Positions 50,440 through 60,169 of a stretch of DNA of 64,000 nucleotides are shown here, in pieces. The translations under genes and the position numbers were made by a program. Positions within the stretch are counted from its first letter, which is position 1. Each line of letters opens with the position of its first letter. The stretch covers positions 93,780 to 157,779 of the forward strand of contig CAWDIM010000005.1 in assembly GCA_963802295.1 (NCBI GenBank), read 5' to 3'. The notes below the pieces were generated by a model. It made no database searches. It saw only the letters and a list, made by a program, of their open reading frames with translations, and was not told the origin of the DNA. The DNA comes from an uncultured Planctomycetota bacterium (GTDB lineage: Bacteria > Planctomycetota > Planctomycetia > Pirellulales > Pirellulaceae).

Positions 50440-51025
50440 TAATTCGTTCTGTGCAATGGACTTACGGAGCGGCTCTGGCTGCGGCAAGACGTCCGTTGAC
50501 AACCGTTAGGCAATGTGGCCAACGGGCTTCGAGCGTCCCGGATCTCCCGCGAAACGAGTCCCCAGCTCTCGTCGGCTCGTACTCAACCCGAGCCAGACAC
50601 CCCCTTCCCGAATTTTCCAGTCTAGCAAAAAAGCATTGGTCAGCAACCCCGCCCAGCCCGCATTGAAAAGCAAAAAAAAGGTCAGTACTGCGGCGCGATG
50701 GAGACCATCAACGATCTGCAGCAAGAGATCAGTCCAACGCTTCTGTTCCGCTCGCTCGTGCAGCGTCCGCGGACTGAGGACTGGCCAGCTGCTGCGCGTG
50801 AGACGCGACGTGTGCCCGCCGAACCCGACGTGGGGAGAATAAAACGGCGACTTGCCCAGGCCGATACGGGCTGCGAGTTGATTCGGTCGCGACGGCCCGC
50901 CGGTCTGTTGGTACACCCGAGGACGCGACCGAAGGAGATATTAACGCTCCTGGACGTTCAAGAGTTCTCGAACTGATCCATCCTCGAGTCGAGCTTCCGC
51001 AGGCCAAACGTGTTTCCCAGATCAT

Positions 51026-51471
51026 GGGAAATCGGGAAATCGGGAAATCGGAACAGGGAACGCGGAACGCGGAATGGGGAATGGTGAATGGTGAATGGGG
51101 AATGGTGAATGGGGAATGGTGAATGGTGAATGGTGAATGGTGAATGGTGAATGGTGAATGGTGAATGGTGAATGGTGAATGGGGAATGGGGAATGGGGAA
51201 TGGGGAATGGTGAATGGGGAATGGGGAATGGGGAATGGGGAATGGGGAATGGGGAATGGGGAATGGGGAATGGGAATGGGGAATGGGGAATGGGAATGGG
51301 GAATGGGAATGGGGAATGGGGAATGGGGAATGGGGAATGCGGAATGGGGAATGCGGAATGGGGAATGCGGAATGGGGAATGCGGAATGGGAATGCGGAAT
51401 GCGGAATGCGGAATGCGGAATGCGGAATGAAGGGAATGCGGAATGCGGAATGCGGAATGCGGAATGCGGAA
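51026..51471. repeat. Heptanucleotide microsatellite (about 60 units; blocks of GGGGAAT, GGTGAAT and GCGGAAT, led by three GGGAAATC units)
   Basis: The repeat is directly visible. The unit variants are arranged in blocks rather than mixed at random. Confidence 0.95.
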
Positions 51472-51591
51472 CGAGCAGGGAGGCGACGCTCAGGAGGATC
51501 GCTCGCATCTCGAGTCTTCGGCCTGGGAGAGAGAGCGGTCTGGAGGAGATTTCCTTGTCACACGCCGATTGTCAGTGACTTACTTCCTGAG

Positions 51592-51737
51592 CCGCCCCGA
51601 AGCGTCCACCTCGACTTCCGCATTCCGCATTCCGCATTCCCTATTGCGCACCTCGCACCCGCTTCCCACCCGCATCCGGACGCTTCCCCACGTCAGTACA
51701 GAGTGTTCTGGGCCATATGCGTGTCAGCCGCTACAGC
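51592..51737. repeat. About 140-bp direct repeat, copy 1 (starts with inverted CATTCCG heptamers)
   Basis: gccgccccgaagcgtccacctc...ccgcattccgcattccgcattccctattgcgcacctcgcacccgcttcccacccgcatccggacgcttccccacgtcagtacagagtg.tctgggccatatg...gccgctaca. It is near-identical to 51778..51915. Confidence 0.9.
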
Positions 51738-51777
51738 TTCCATGGTGACATTGACATCGGAAGCACGCGTGAATAAA

Positions 51778-51915
51778 CCGCCCCGAAGCGTCCACCTCAC
51801 ATTTCGCATTCCGCATTCCCTATTGCGCACCTCGCACCCGCTTCCCACCCGCATCCGGACGCTTCCCCACGTCAGTACAGAGTGCTCTGGGCCATATGAG
51901 TGCAAGCCGCTACAA
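51778..51915. repeat. About 140-bp direct repeat, copy 2, abutting the 53-bp array
   Basis: It has the same sequence as 51592..51737, apart from one fewer heptamer and a few substitutions. It runs directly into unit 1 of the 53-bp array. Confidence 0.9.
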
Positions 51916-52657
51916 GGTAGCTGGCCAGTTGTGGCCCCACCGGAATAAATCCGGTGGAAGCCTGGCAGGGTAGCTGGCCAGTTGTGGCCCCACCGGAGTA
52001 AATCCGGTGGAAGCCTGGCAGGGTAGCTGGCCAGTTGTGGCTCCACCGGAGTAAATCCGGTGGAAGCCGGGCACGGTAGCTGGCCAGTTGTGGCTCCACC
52101 GGAATAAATCCGGTGGAAGCCGGGCACGGTAGCTGGCCAGTTGTGGCTCCACCGGAGTAAATCCGGTGGAAGCCTGGCAGGGTAGCTGGCCAGTTGTGGC
52201 TCCACCGGAGTAAATCCGGTGGAAGCCTGGCAGGGTAGCTGGCCAGTTGTGGCTCCACCGGAGTAAATCCGGTGGAAGCCTGGCACGGTAGCTGGCCAGT
52301 TGTGGCTCCACCGGAGTAAATCCGGTGGAAGCCTGGCACGGTAGCTGGCCAGTTGTGGCTCCACCGGAATAAATCCGGTGGAAGCCGGGCACGGTAGCTG
52401 GCCAGTTGTGGCTCCACCGGAATAAATCCGGTGGAAGCCGGGCACGGTAGCTGGCCAGTTGTGGCTCCACCGGAATAAATCCGGTGGAAGCCTGGCAGGG
52501 TAGCTGGCCAGTTGTGGCTCCACCGGAATAAATCCGGTGGAAGCCGGGCACGGTAGCTGGCCAGTTGTGGCTCCACCGGAATAGATCCGGTGGAAGCCTG
52601 GCACGGTAGCTGACCAGTTGTGGCTCCACCGGAGTAAATCCGGTGGAAGCCGGGCAA
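51916..52657. repeat. Tandem array of 14 x 53-bp units, each with an 8-bp perfect inverted repeat (CCACCGGA-ntaaa-TCCGGTGG) and a CTGGCCAG palindrome
   Basis: The unit is ggtagctggccagttgtggc[c/t]ccaccgga[a/g]taaatccggtggaagcc[t/g]ggca[g/c]. The phase is exactly 53 bp for 14 units. Variation is confined to about 4 positions, and there are no spacers. Confidence 0.95.
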
Positions 52658-52732
52658 GGTTAATCGCGGCATGCTCTCTGATATTGAGGTGTTAGTTGAT
52701 AACACTCGCGCAGGGTGATCGCATGTTTGGAG

Positions 52733-52956
52733 AAGAATCCGAAATTCGAATCACAGAAACACCAACGACAAAGACGGGGAAGGCTGGCAGACGCGGCAGC
52801 CAGTAGCCTGCGCAGTGGTGAGAATCTGCTTGTGGCCCGTTACCCCAGTTTTGCCGGCAGCGGAGGTTTTGGATTTTGAGTTTTGGATTTCGAATTTGTT
52901 TAGGTTTTCGATATTCGGATTTCGGATTTCCTGATTGGTTGCGGCCGCAGGCCGCG
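52733..52956. repeat. MITE-like composite repeat, copy E (reverse orientation)
   Basis: It contains gaatccgaaattcgaatcac, a short purine tract, the reverse core cagtggtgagaatctgcttgtggcccgttaccccagttttgccggcagcggagg, and the arm ttggattttgagttttggatttcgaatttgtttaggttttcgatattcggatttcggatttcctgattggttgcggccgcaggccgcg. Confidence 0.8.
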
Positions 52957-53073
52957 TGAAGTAAATCCGGTGGAAGGCCGGCGAAGCAGATCGCGGCAGG
53001 CTCCCTGGCGCGATGCGATATGGCATTGCTGGCGCCTATTGCGCTGCGCAGAAGCAGCAGAGGCGTTTGCTCT

Positions 53074-53520
53074 TTATTCTGGAGCGGCCGTCGTTAATTC
53101 AATCCGGCCCATATCGGCGGGTTTCCCCTTCTCGACCTTGATCTTGAAGGTCGATGTTTTGGGGTCGCTGTATTTGTCTTTTAGCTTGTCGGGTCCGCCG
53201 TATTGCATACTGAAGAGGTTCAGTTCGCCCCACACAAACGTCACGACGTAGTCGCCTTCCGGGACGCCATCACCCAGTTCGTACGTCGAGATCGAGAATT
53301 TGCCATTTTCCTCGGTCATCGCAGAGGAATAGGTCGGCAACTCCTGATCCATGCCTTTCGTGTCGGTCAGCGTTACTTGCACCGCGGCGGCCGGTTTGCC
53401 ATCGACGATAAGTTCGCCGGTGACGGGAAAAGTCTCTTTTCGTGGAGGGCCTTTCGGTCCGCAGGATGTGAGCAAGCAAACTACCGACAACAGCGCCACA
53501 AAGTGCAACCGAGTGATCAT
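53074..53520 (-). CDS. Small lipoprotein (beta-sandwich-like), partner gene of the DUF1559 protein
   Basis: The ORF runs 53074..53613. The likely start at 53520 (MITRLHFVALLSVVCLLTSCGP) has a lipobox LTSC. VTGELIVDGKPAAAVQVTLTD is carboxypeptidase-regulatory-domain-like. Confidence 0.6.
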   Translation of the reverse strand: MITRLHFVALLSVVCLLTSCGPKGPPRKETFPVTGELIVDGKPAAAVQVTLTDTKGMDQELPTYSSAMTEENGKFSISTYELGDGVPEGDYVVTFVWGELNLFSMQYGGPDKLKDKYSDPKTSTFKIKVEKGKPADMGRIELTTAAPE

Positions 53521-53616
53521 AGGGGGATCCTCCCGCGAGACGGAAACTGGAACTAGGTTACTTGCCGGGCCTTGGTCCTGCGAACGAACACCATGCGAAC
53601 AGCTCTGCTGCACGAA

Positions 53617-54688
53617 TCAGTCCGCCGGTAGGATCTCGCCCTTCTCGCGCGTGATCCGACCTGCGACCGCCAGTGGATCGACCGACGCCGAGATGAACTG
53701 GGTCGAGCCGTCGGCCATTACGAAATGGCAGCCGGCATCGTGAAAGCTGTGGAAGCCGTAACCGCGGAGGTTGGTGCAGTTGATGCCGCAAGGTCCCTCG
53801 AGGGGTGGAAAAGGCAATCCACTCGACAGGGTCCCCGACAGCCAGTGCTCGCCATTCAAAGGATCGCCCCACCCGCCGCCGTTCGCGGCGATCAGTTGCT
53901 GTCGGATCGGATCAGGTGCCAGAGTCCACTCGGTGCGGAGGCTGTATATCTGATTGCCGCCCGTACGCTCGCCGATCAAGAACGTATTCGACGTACCGTC
54001 TTTGACGTCTCCCATCCGCGCGGAACGATTGGATCCCTGACCGAACCCTACAACCGTGATGTGATCCTGCAGCAGGCCATGTCGCGACCCTCCGCTGGCG
54101 CCGCGATAGGCGAGGTTGGAATAGGCACCGCGCACCCCGGTCGGAACACAGTAGTCGGACGGAGCCGCTCGCCAAGTTAAGGTCGGCAGCAAGGGTACCG
54201 CACCAGCCGGGATAGCACCATTGTAAATCCGATCCCGTGCGTTACCGGGTGCGGAGGGGCACATAAAGGCGGCCAGAGGCGTCTCGATAATGGCGACATT
54301 GGCCGCGCCCGCGGCCCCGAATTCGAAAGCGGCCGGTACCCGGTCGTTGAACTTGTCGAACAGAGCTTGTTGTTCCACGTATGGGAGCAGACTGATTCCC
54401 CAGTTCCCGATGTTGATGTTACTCAATCGCCGGGTCGATGTAGACGAAGTAGGCCATGGGGAAAGTCTGGTGCGAATCGTGGTAGTTGTGCAGCCCCAAT
54501 CCGATTTGCTTGAGGTTGTTGCTGCACTGCATACGGCGTGCAGCCTCTCGCGCGGCCTGGACGGCTGGCAGTAACAGCGCCACCAGAATACCAATGATGG
54601 CGATCACCACCAGCAACTCCACGAGCGTGAAGCCTCGGCGGTCCCTGCCAATTCGAAGTGATTGTGCCATAGAAACGGCCTCTCTCAA
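53617..54688 (-). pseudogene. DUF1559 protein with prepilin-type N-terminal cleavage/methylation motif, one frame break
   Basis: ORF 54419..54688 reads [54 protein letters not shown]...YIDPAIE*. ORF 53617..54594 continues [25 protein letters not shown]...FHSFHDAGCHFVMADGSTQFIS. The break lies at 54421-54432. An alternative start lies at 54670. Confidence 0.8.
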
Positions 54689-55494
54689 AAAGGTGGATGA
54701 TGGGACGGGCAGTATGATCGAAACCCAATCATATTTCTAATCCTCCACGAAATGAAATACAAGCTTACTGCTGCTTGTCCCCGGTTTTTCTCTACCTTCT
54801 TTCCGCTGACATGTGCCGGCGGTCCCAAAGATCTAAGTGCGCGTCGGCACTCCCGTAAACTTGCGCCCCACTGGCACTTTTAACCACCAGCAAAAAGATG
54901 AACAGCATAGATTTCGGAGAGAGAGTCAGGGCCAGAGGGTCGGCACGGTCCCAATCGTCAATCCCGGAAAGGCTGTCCGCAAGCCGCGGCACCCAACCCT
55001 TCTCGCCTATTTTGTCGCCGAGAGAGTCATGGACATTGGCCAGCCCAGACTGCGGCGACGAACTTAAGGTGGAAGGGGCACATGAGGCGGGCTCTGTGAG
55101 CGGTCGATAGGGATATGTGAACGGCGTGTGGCCTATGGCGGATCTCTATGAACCGATTTGCCATTCTCGATGGAAGCAAGACTTCTCGAAAACACATAAT
55201 CCCTGGCCGGGTCAGGCTCGCCGATTCCTAAGTTCGGCTTACGCACTTCACGCCGCCTGAATAACCGAAAACGGCCTTTCTGCGCCGCTAACTCAGAATT
55301 AGATGGCCCCTGCTCATTTACGCCGGAAATGGAATCTGATCGCCAAAAAAAAGGGGCCTCAGCGGCACCGGTATTGGTCACTTGGACCACTACCGATACA
55401 GCCGAGTCCCTCTGTCTCAATTGAGTCGTTGGCACGCGTCCTGAAACCACAACCATGAATCCGAATGGATCAAGTCGGTGGTGCCGTAACATTT

Positions 55495-56152
55495 CTATTT
55501 TCGGCGCCGTCGCCAGAAGGCCAACCCCATCAGTCCGCCGATACCTAGCAAGGCCAGGGAGCCTGGCTCCGGTACTGCGTTGATTCCGGTTTGGAATGTA
55601 GCTCGAAAACCAAAAATTTGATTGCCTGAGTATGAGCCGAACACCGCTTCCGTCAACGATGTATTCAGGCGGTACTGGCTCGTATTAGCATCCCAAACGA
55701 CACCATGATCGAGATCAACCGATAGAGTATCGGTCTGCGCACCTCTTCGTGAATAATGGGAAAACCCAGCGAAGTCGCACTTCCTTCTACGTAGAGATCC
55801 TGCGGGTTGCCGAACATCGCGGTTAGGTCGAGCCAGAATGCCGGCCCTGGCCGAAAGCCGCCTCCACTTTCGTGATTGCCGATCGGTATTCGTAACTCGA
55901 CATTCCGTCAGGGACCGGCGGGTCATACCAGTGAGTCACGCTGTTTGGGTTATCCGTGACTGTGATCACCGCCTCATACTTCACCCATTCAGACCCAAGA
56001 TCTTCAAACCAAGTTGGAGTCCATTCTGCCCGGACTACAGTTGGCAAGACCAACACCGAACATAGCCCCAAAACAACTCCTGCCACTGGCAGCCAGCGCT
56101 TACCATTAACCACGTTGCACCTCACTTTCTGGCTATCACGTACCTCGTCCAT
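55495..56152 (-). pseudogene. PEP-CTERM protein, apparently two frame breaks
   Basis: The N-terminal ORF 55823..56152 has a signal peptide (WLPVAGVVLGLCSVLVLPTVVRA). A middle piece in a third frame reads LDLTAMFGNPQDLYVEGSATSLGFPIIHEE. The C-terminal ORF 55495..55926 ends with VPEPGSLALLGIGGLMGLAFWRRRRK. Confidence 0.5.
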
Positions 56153-57426
56153 AAACGACCGAACAACGTACTAGAACACAACGCAAACGCAGCCTCGTAG
56201 CAGCGCCGATTCACCAGTCTGCGCCAAACGAAACTTGCTATTTACTTCCACGTGGTTGCCGCCCCGTATTGCTCCCAAAGACATAAGCCGATCCCATTAA
56301 GTCAGAGGCTTTTCGGCCCCTCGCGGAATTGGCTCTGACACATGCCCCACCGAATCACCCGGCCAAGTCGAAGCGATTTAACAGGCGCCGAGGCCATTGG
56401 TTTAGTCGCTGTCGGCAATTCGTCACTGCCCTTGCAGACCTGTGGAAATGTCGATCAGGCTCAGAGTGGAACACAACACAATCCATATGCGCGTTAGTCT
56501 GGGCTCAAACGTGTCTAAAATCAATAGCCTGGTTCGGGAAAGTTTAAAGATTATTCCGATTATTCTGATTGTCCACCCGTGGACTGGGTTTCTTGGGGGG
56601 TAAGGCTGGGCTGTGAGAAACAAACAAGACATTTCTCACTACCGGCGAGTTTGCCCAAAAATTCGGGCATTCTAAACCCAGGGCCTGCGGTCGTGCGACC
56701 GGGGTAGGCGCGATCGATCCGGCGCCAGACATAATACGCTCTGCCACCGACAATCCCGGCAAGGCCAGGGTAGACAGAACGCATGGAAAACTGTGAATTG
56801 ATGTTGCACGTCCGTGGTGAGTTTTGGAGAACGCCTTGTTCATCCGAAATTCTCGCAGGAATGCCGTTAGCCGCAGCGACATGCCCCGTTTTGCCGGGCA
56901 AGCCACAGCCAAGCCCTACTGGTGAGGTCACGATTTTTCCAGATTAACATCCACCCGAGTTTGGCGAATGGTCGCTTCGCGTTAGATCATCTTCTCCATA
57001 GCTTGTTGCGTATGGAAGCTCGCTTCTTTCGACCCCGGCCCCCCGCATTCTCTGCGGTGGCAGCCCACTCAGTTTGTAAACGGGATCGGGATCCGTGCGG
57101 AGCCGGCGAGTTGACATTCTTTTGCAATAGGTATCCGGAACGTCGTTGGTTGACTACTGGCGCGAATGGACGGACTCATCTGTCCGTCCCGCAATTCAAC
57201 TCCTCCGGTGTCAACGACTTGCAGGTTGTGGTTGCTTGACAACCCAATTTAACAGGGGTAGGATCACAACTTGTCTAGTGGGAACAGATGGGACTCAGTC
57301 GAGTGTCGCGCTTGCGCGCGTTTCTGTGGCGATGAGGCGTCTTTAGGTAACCGTAGCGGGCGTCGGGAGACCGGCGTTCCAGGGCGCTCGCTTTGCGCGA
57401 TCCGGTTCGAAGGCGGGAGCACCCTT

Positions 57427-59127
57427 ATGATGGCGATCAGGGGGATGGGAGCCGTGCACATCCGATTACGGCAGCGAATCTGCTGGCTCATGATACTGGC
57501 GGCTGCCTTCTCGACGGCACTGCTGCAGCCTGGCCAATCGCGGGCCTACACGCCCAGCAGTCCTGAAGTGCGTGAGATGCTCGCGCGCGCGATGGCCTAC
57601 CTCAACAAATGCGTCCGGACCGGCGAGGCTCAGCAATTGGGTGGCCAGAGCTTGATGGGGCTGGCCGAATACAAATACAACGCGCGTTTCGGCGATCGCA
57701 ATGTGGTGCCGCCGATTACCGTGGCGGCAGTGCAGCGAGCCCGGGGCATGGCCACCGAACTGCTGGGGATCGACAACTACAGCGTGGGGCTTGCGACCAT
57801 CCTGTTGTGCGAAGTCCATCCGGAAGAGAACACGCAGTACATCGCCGCCTACGTGGACGAGATTCTCAAGCGGCAGAAGCCGCATGGCGGCTGGGGTTAC
57901 GAAGTAAATAAGACGGGTGACCTGTCGCAGTTGCAGTATTCCGTGTTGGGTCTGTGGGCGGCCAAAAACGCCGGTTTTCAAATCGAAAACAAGGTGATGG
58001 TGGACGTCGTGAACTATGTGCTGCGCGTGCAGGACCCCAGCGGCGCATGGGGATACCAGGGCGTCGATCCGGGCACCTTCACGCGGGTTCCCCAATCGCA
58101 AGTGCGGCCGTCCTTGGCCGCGGCCGGGCTGGGGGCGATCTACGTGGGAACTGATTTTCTGGGCATGTCCAAGACGGGCAAGCCGCGCACGATCTCGGCC
58201 GCCGCGGCGAAGCTGCCTCCCGCGCTGATCCCGGTGGCCGCGCCCGAAGAGCCGCGTGGGGACCGAGCCTCCGCGGCGTCGGTCAATGCCGAATACCTGC
58301 GGGCGGCCATGAACGACGGGAACGAGTGGTTTCGCAAGCTCCCGACGCTCGAGACGTCGATGTACCAGCTGTACTTTCTCTACGGATTGGAGCGTTATCA
58401 GAGTTTCCGCGAGAAGGTGGAGGGGACGATCGAAGAGGAGCCCAAGTGGTACAACGATGGCGTGCGCCTGCTGCGCGAGAAGCAGCACGAAACCGGTTAT
58501 TGGGGGCTGGTGACGGCCCAGGGGTTGAGTCCTAACGGCTGCGAGCCACCCGTTGCCACGTCGTTTGGAATGCTGTTTCTGTTGCGCAGTACGCAGGAGA
58601 CGATCGCCAAGGTGATTGAACGTGACGGGATTCTGCGCGGCGGCTATGGGCTGCCGAACGACCTGACCGAAGTCCGCATGCGGGACAATAAGATCGTGGC
58701 GCCGGCCATCACCGGGGAAGTGGAAGATCTGATCGGGATGTTGGAAGATGAAGAGGGCGAGAAGATCGAGAACCTGCTGGAGAATCCCGACTCGCTATCG
58801 CTCGCCGGACTCACCGGCGCGGGAAAAGACTACACCGATCGACTGGTCCGAATTCTGCGCACCGGTTCGTTCAAAGCGCGGATTGTGGCGGCACGGGCCT
58901 TGGGGCGGCAGGGGAGTCTGGACAATGTCCCCATCCTGATCTACGCCCTGACCGATCCCGACCCGCGGGTCGGGAAGGAGGCGCAGGACGGACTCCGCTT
59001 GACCAGCCGCAAGTTTGATGATTTCGGACTGTCCGACAAACCTACTCCCAGTGAGGTGGGGGCGGTCGTCAATCAGTGGAAAGCGTGGTACAAATCGGTG
59101 CGGCCCGATGCGGTGTTTCTCCAGTGA
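57427..59127 (+). CDS. Secreted prenyltransferase/squalene-cyclase-like alpha-alpha-toroid repeat protein with C-terminal HEAT-like repeats
   Basis: The ORF runs 57271..59127; the likely ATG is at 57427 (MMAIRGMGAVHIRLRQRICWLMILAAAF). The repeats are KPHGGWGYEVNKTGDLSQLQYSVLGLWAA, QDPSGAWGYQG and ETGYWGL. The HEAT-like segment is RIVAARALGRQGSLDNVPILIYALTDPDPRVGKEA. Confidence 0.7.
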   Translation: MMAIRGMGAVHIRLRQRICWLMILAAAFSTALLQPGQSRAYTPSSPEVREMLARAMAYLNKCVRTGEAQQLGGQSLMGLAEYKYNARFGDRNVVPPITVAAVQRARGMATELLGIDNYSVGLATILLCEVHPEENTQYIAAYVDEILKRQKPHGGWGYEVNKTGDLSQLQYSVLGLWAAKNAGFQIENKVMVDVVNYVLRVQDPSGAWGYQGVDPGTFTRVPQSQVRPSLAAAGLGAIYVGTDFLGMSKTGKPRTISAAAAKLPPALIPVAAPEEPRGDRASAASVNAEYLRAAMNDGNEWFRKLPTLETSMYQLYFLYGLERYQSFREKVEGTIEEEPKWYNDGVRLLREKQHETGYWGLVTAQGLSPNGCEPPVATSFGMLFLLRSTQETIAKVIERDGILRGGYGLPNDLTEVRMRDNKIVAPAITGEVEDLIGMLEDEEGEKIENLLENPDSLSLAGLTGAGKDYTDRLVRILRTGSFKARIVAARALGRQGSLDNVPILIYALTDPDPRVGKEAQDGLRLTSRKFDDFGLSDKPTPSEVGAVVNQWKAWYKSVRPDAVFLQ

Positions 59128-59140
59128 TGGTTGAGGGACG

Positions 59141-60019
59141 ATGGCGACGGACATCAAAAAGATTCGGATCGAGGTTTCGGCGTACGATCGCGTGGCCAGT
59201 TGGGTCGTGTCGCTGAATATTCTCGTCGGCCTGGCCGTGGCCTTGCTGTTTCTGTTCTGGCTCAGCCATGTGATTGTGTTTCGGGGCGAGCAGAGCGAGG
59301 TGCTGCTGGTCGAGAGTATCGCTGGTCGCGGGGATCATGCGGCCGGTTTCGCCCGCGATGTGGAAGCTCCGGGGATCGAAGAACTGGAAGAGGAGACCGA
59401 GCCCAAGGTCGAGCAGCTGTTGGAAGCGGTCACCGAGGTTGTCTCGACGCAGGCCGCGTCGTTGGACAATGTGCAGACGACGATGTTCAGCAGCAATACG
59501 GGTTCCGGGTTAGGGGATAGTCGCCCACCCGGTCCGTTGGGTGAAGGAGACGATATTATCCCGCCGGGCGAGCGATGGGAAATCCAATACAACTCGAACA
59601 GCCTGCAGGCCTACGCGCAGCAGCTGGACTACTTCCAGATCGAGTTGGGGGCGGTCGGGGGCGGCGAGAAGCAGGTCGACTATGCCTACAATCTCCAGAA
59701 ATCGCGTCCCGATACGCGGCGGGGGCCCGGCGGTGAGAGTGAGAAACGACTGTATATGCTGTGGGCTTCCGGAGCGCTCAAGCGATTCGACCAGCAGTTC
59801 TTGCGGGCGGCGGGCGTGAAGACCGCGGGCCGGATTGTGATGCAATTCTACCCGAAGCTGGTGGAAGACCAACTGATCCGCACCGAAATGGCCCATGCCA
59901 ATCGTAACGGCAAGACGAGCCTCAAGCAGATCAAGAAGACGGTATTTGGCGTTCGCCGCCAAGGAAACGGTTTTGAGTTCTTTGTTGTCAGTCAAGTCTA
60001 TCGAGCCGTGCCAACTTGA
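59141..60019 (+). CDS. Membrane-anchored hypothetical protein upstream of ExbB
   Basis: 292-aa intact ORF with one TM helix (VVSLNILVGLAVALLFLFWLSHVIVF). No family was recognised. Confidence 0.6.
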   Translation: MATDIKKIRIEVSAYDRVASWVVSLNILVGLAVALLFLFWLSHVIVFRGEQSEVLLVESIAGRGDHAAGFARDVEAPGIEELEEETEPKVEQLLEAVTEVVSTQAASLDNVQTTMFSSNTGSGLGDSRPPGPLGEGDDIIPPGERWEIQYNSNSLQAYAQQLDYFQIELGAVGGGEKQVDYAYNLQKSRPDTRRGPGGESEKRLYMLWASGALKRFDQQFLRAAGVKTAGRIVMQFYPKLVEDQLIRTEMAHANRNGKTSLKQIKKTVFGVRRQGNGFEFFVVSQVYRAVPT

Positions 60020-60169
60020 TGCGTCAGCAGTGAAGTGGTCGGCACCCGGTAAGGTGGTGAAGGAGTGGTTCTGCAATACTCCCCTTCCCCGCCCCCGCCG
60101 TGCTCGCATCAACTTGGCCTTCAACAAACTAACCACCATGTAACCTCTGTTTTCGTCGAGTGGTAAAGC

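Noticed and set aside
51592-51915. The ~140-bp duplicated blocks as template/variable repeats of a diversity-generating retroelement
   Set aside because: The differences between the copies are not adenine-specific. There is no reverse transcriptase gene nearby, and the blocks are not inside a coding region.
51916-52657. 53-bp repeat array as a CRISPR array
   Set aside because: The units are directly abutting with no unique spacers, since the whole 53 bp repeats. There are no cas genes in the window, and the variation is limited to point substitutions.
50729-52705. Long minus-strand ORFs across the heptamer and 53-bp satellites (50729..51508, 51693..52604, 51872..52705, 51910..52629)
   Set aside because: All three frames are open simply because the repeat units lack stop codons on that strand. 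The unit lengths (7 and 53) are not multiples of 3, and the translations are periodic low-complexity strings. The signal-peptide-like start of 50729..51508 is noted in the findings but is not enough to call a gene.
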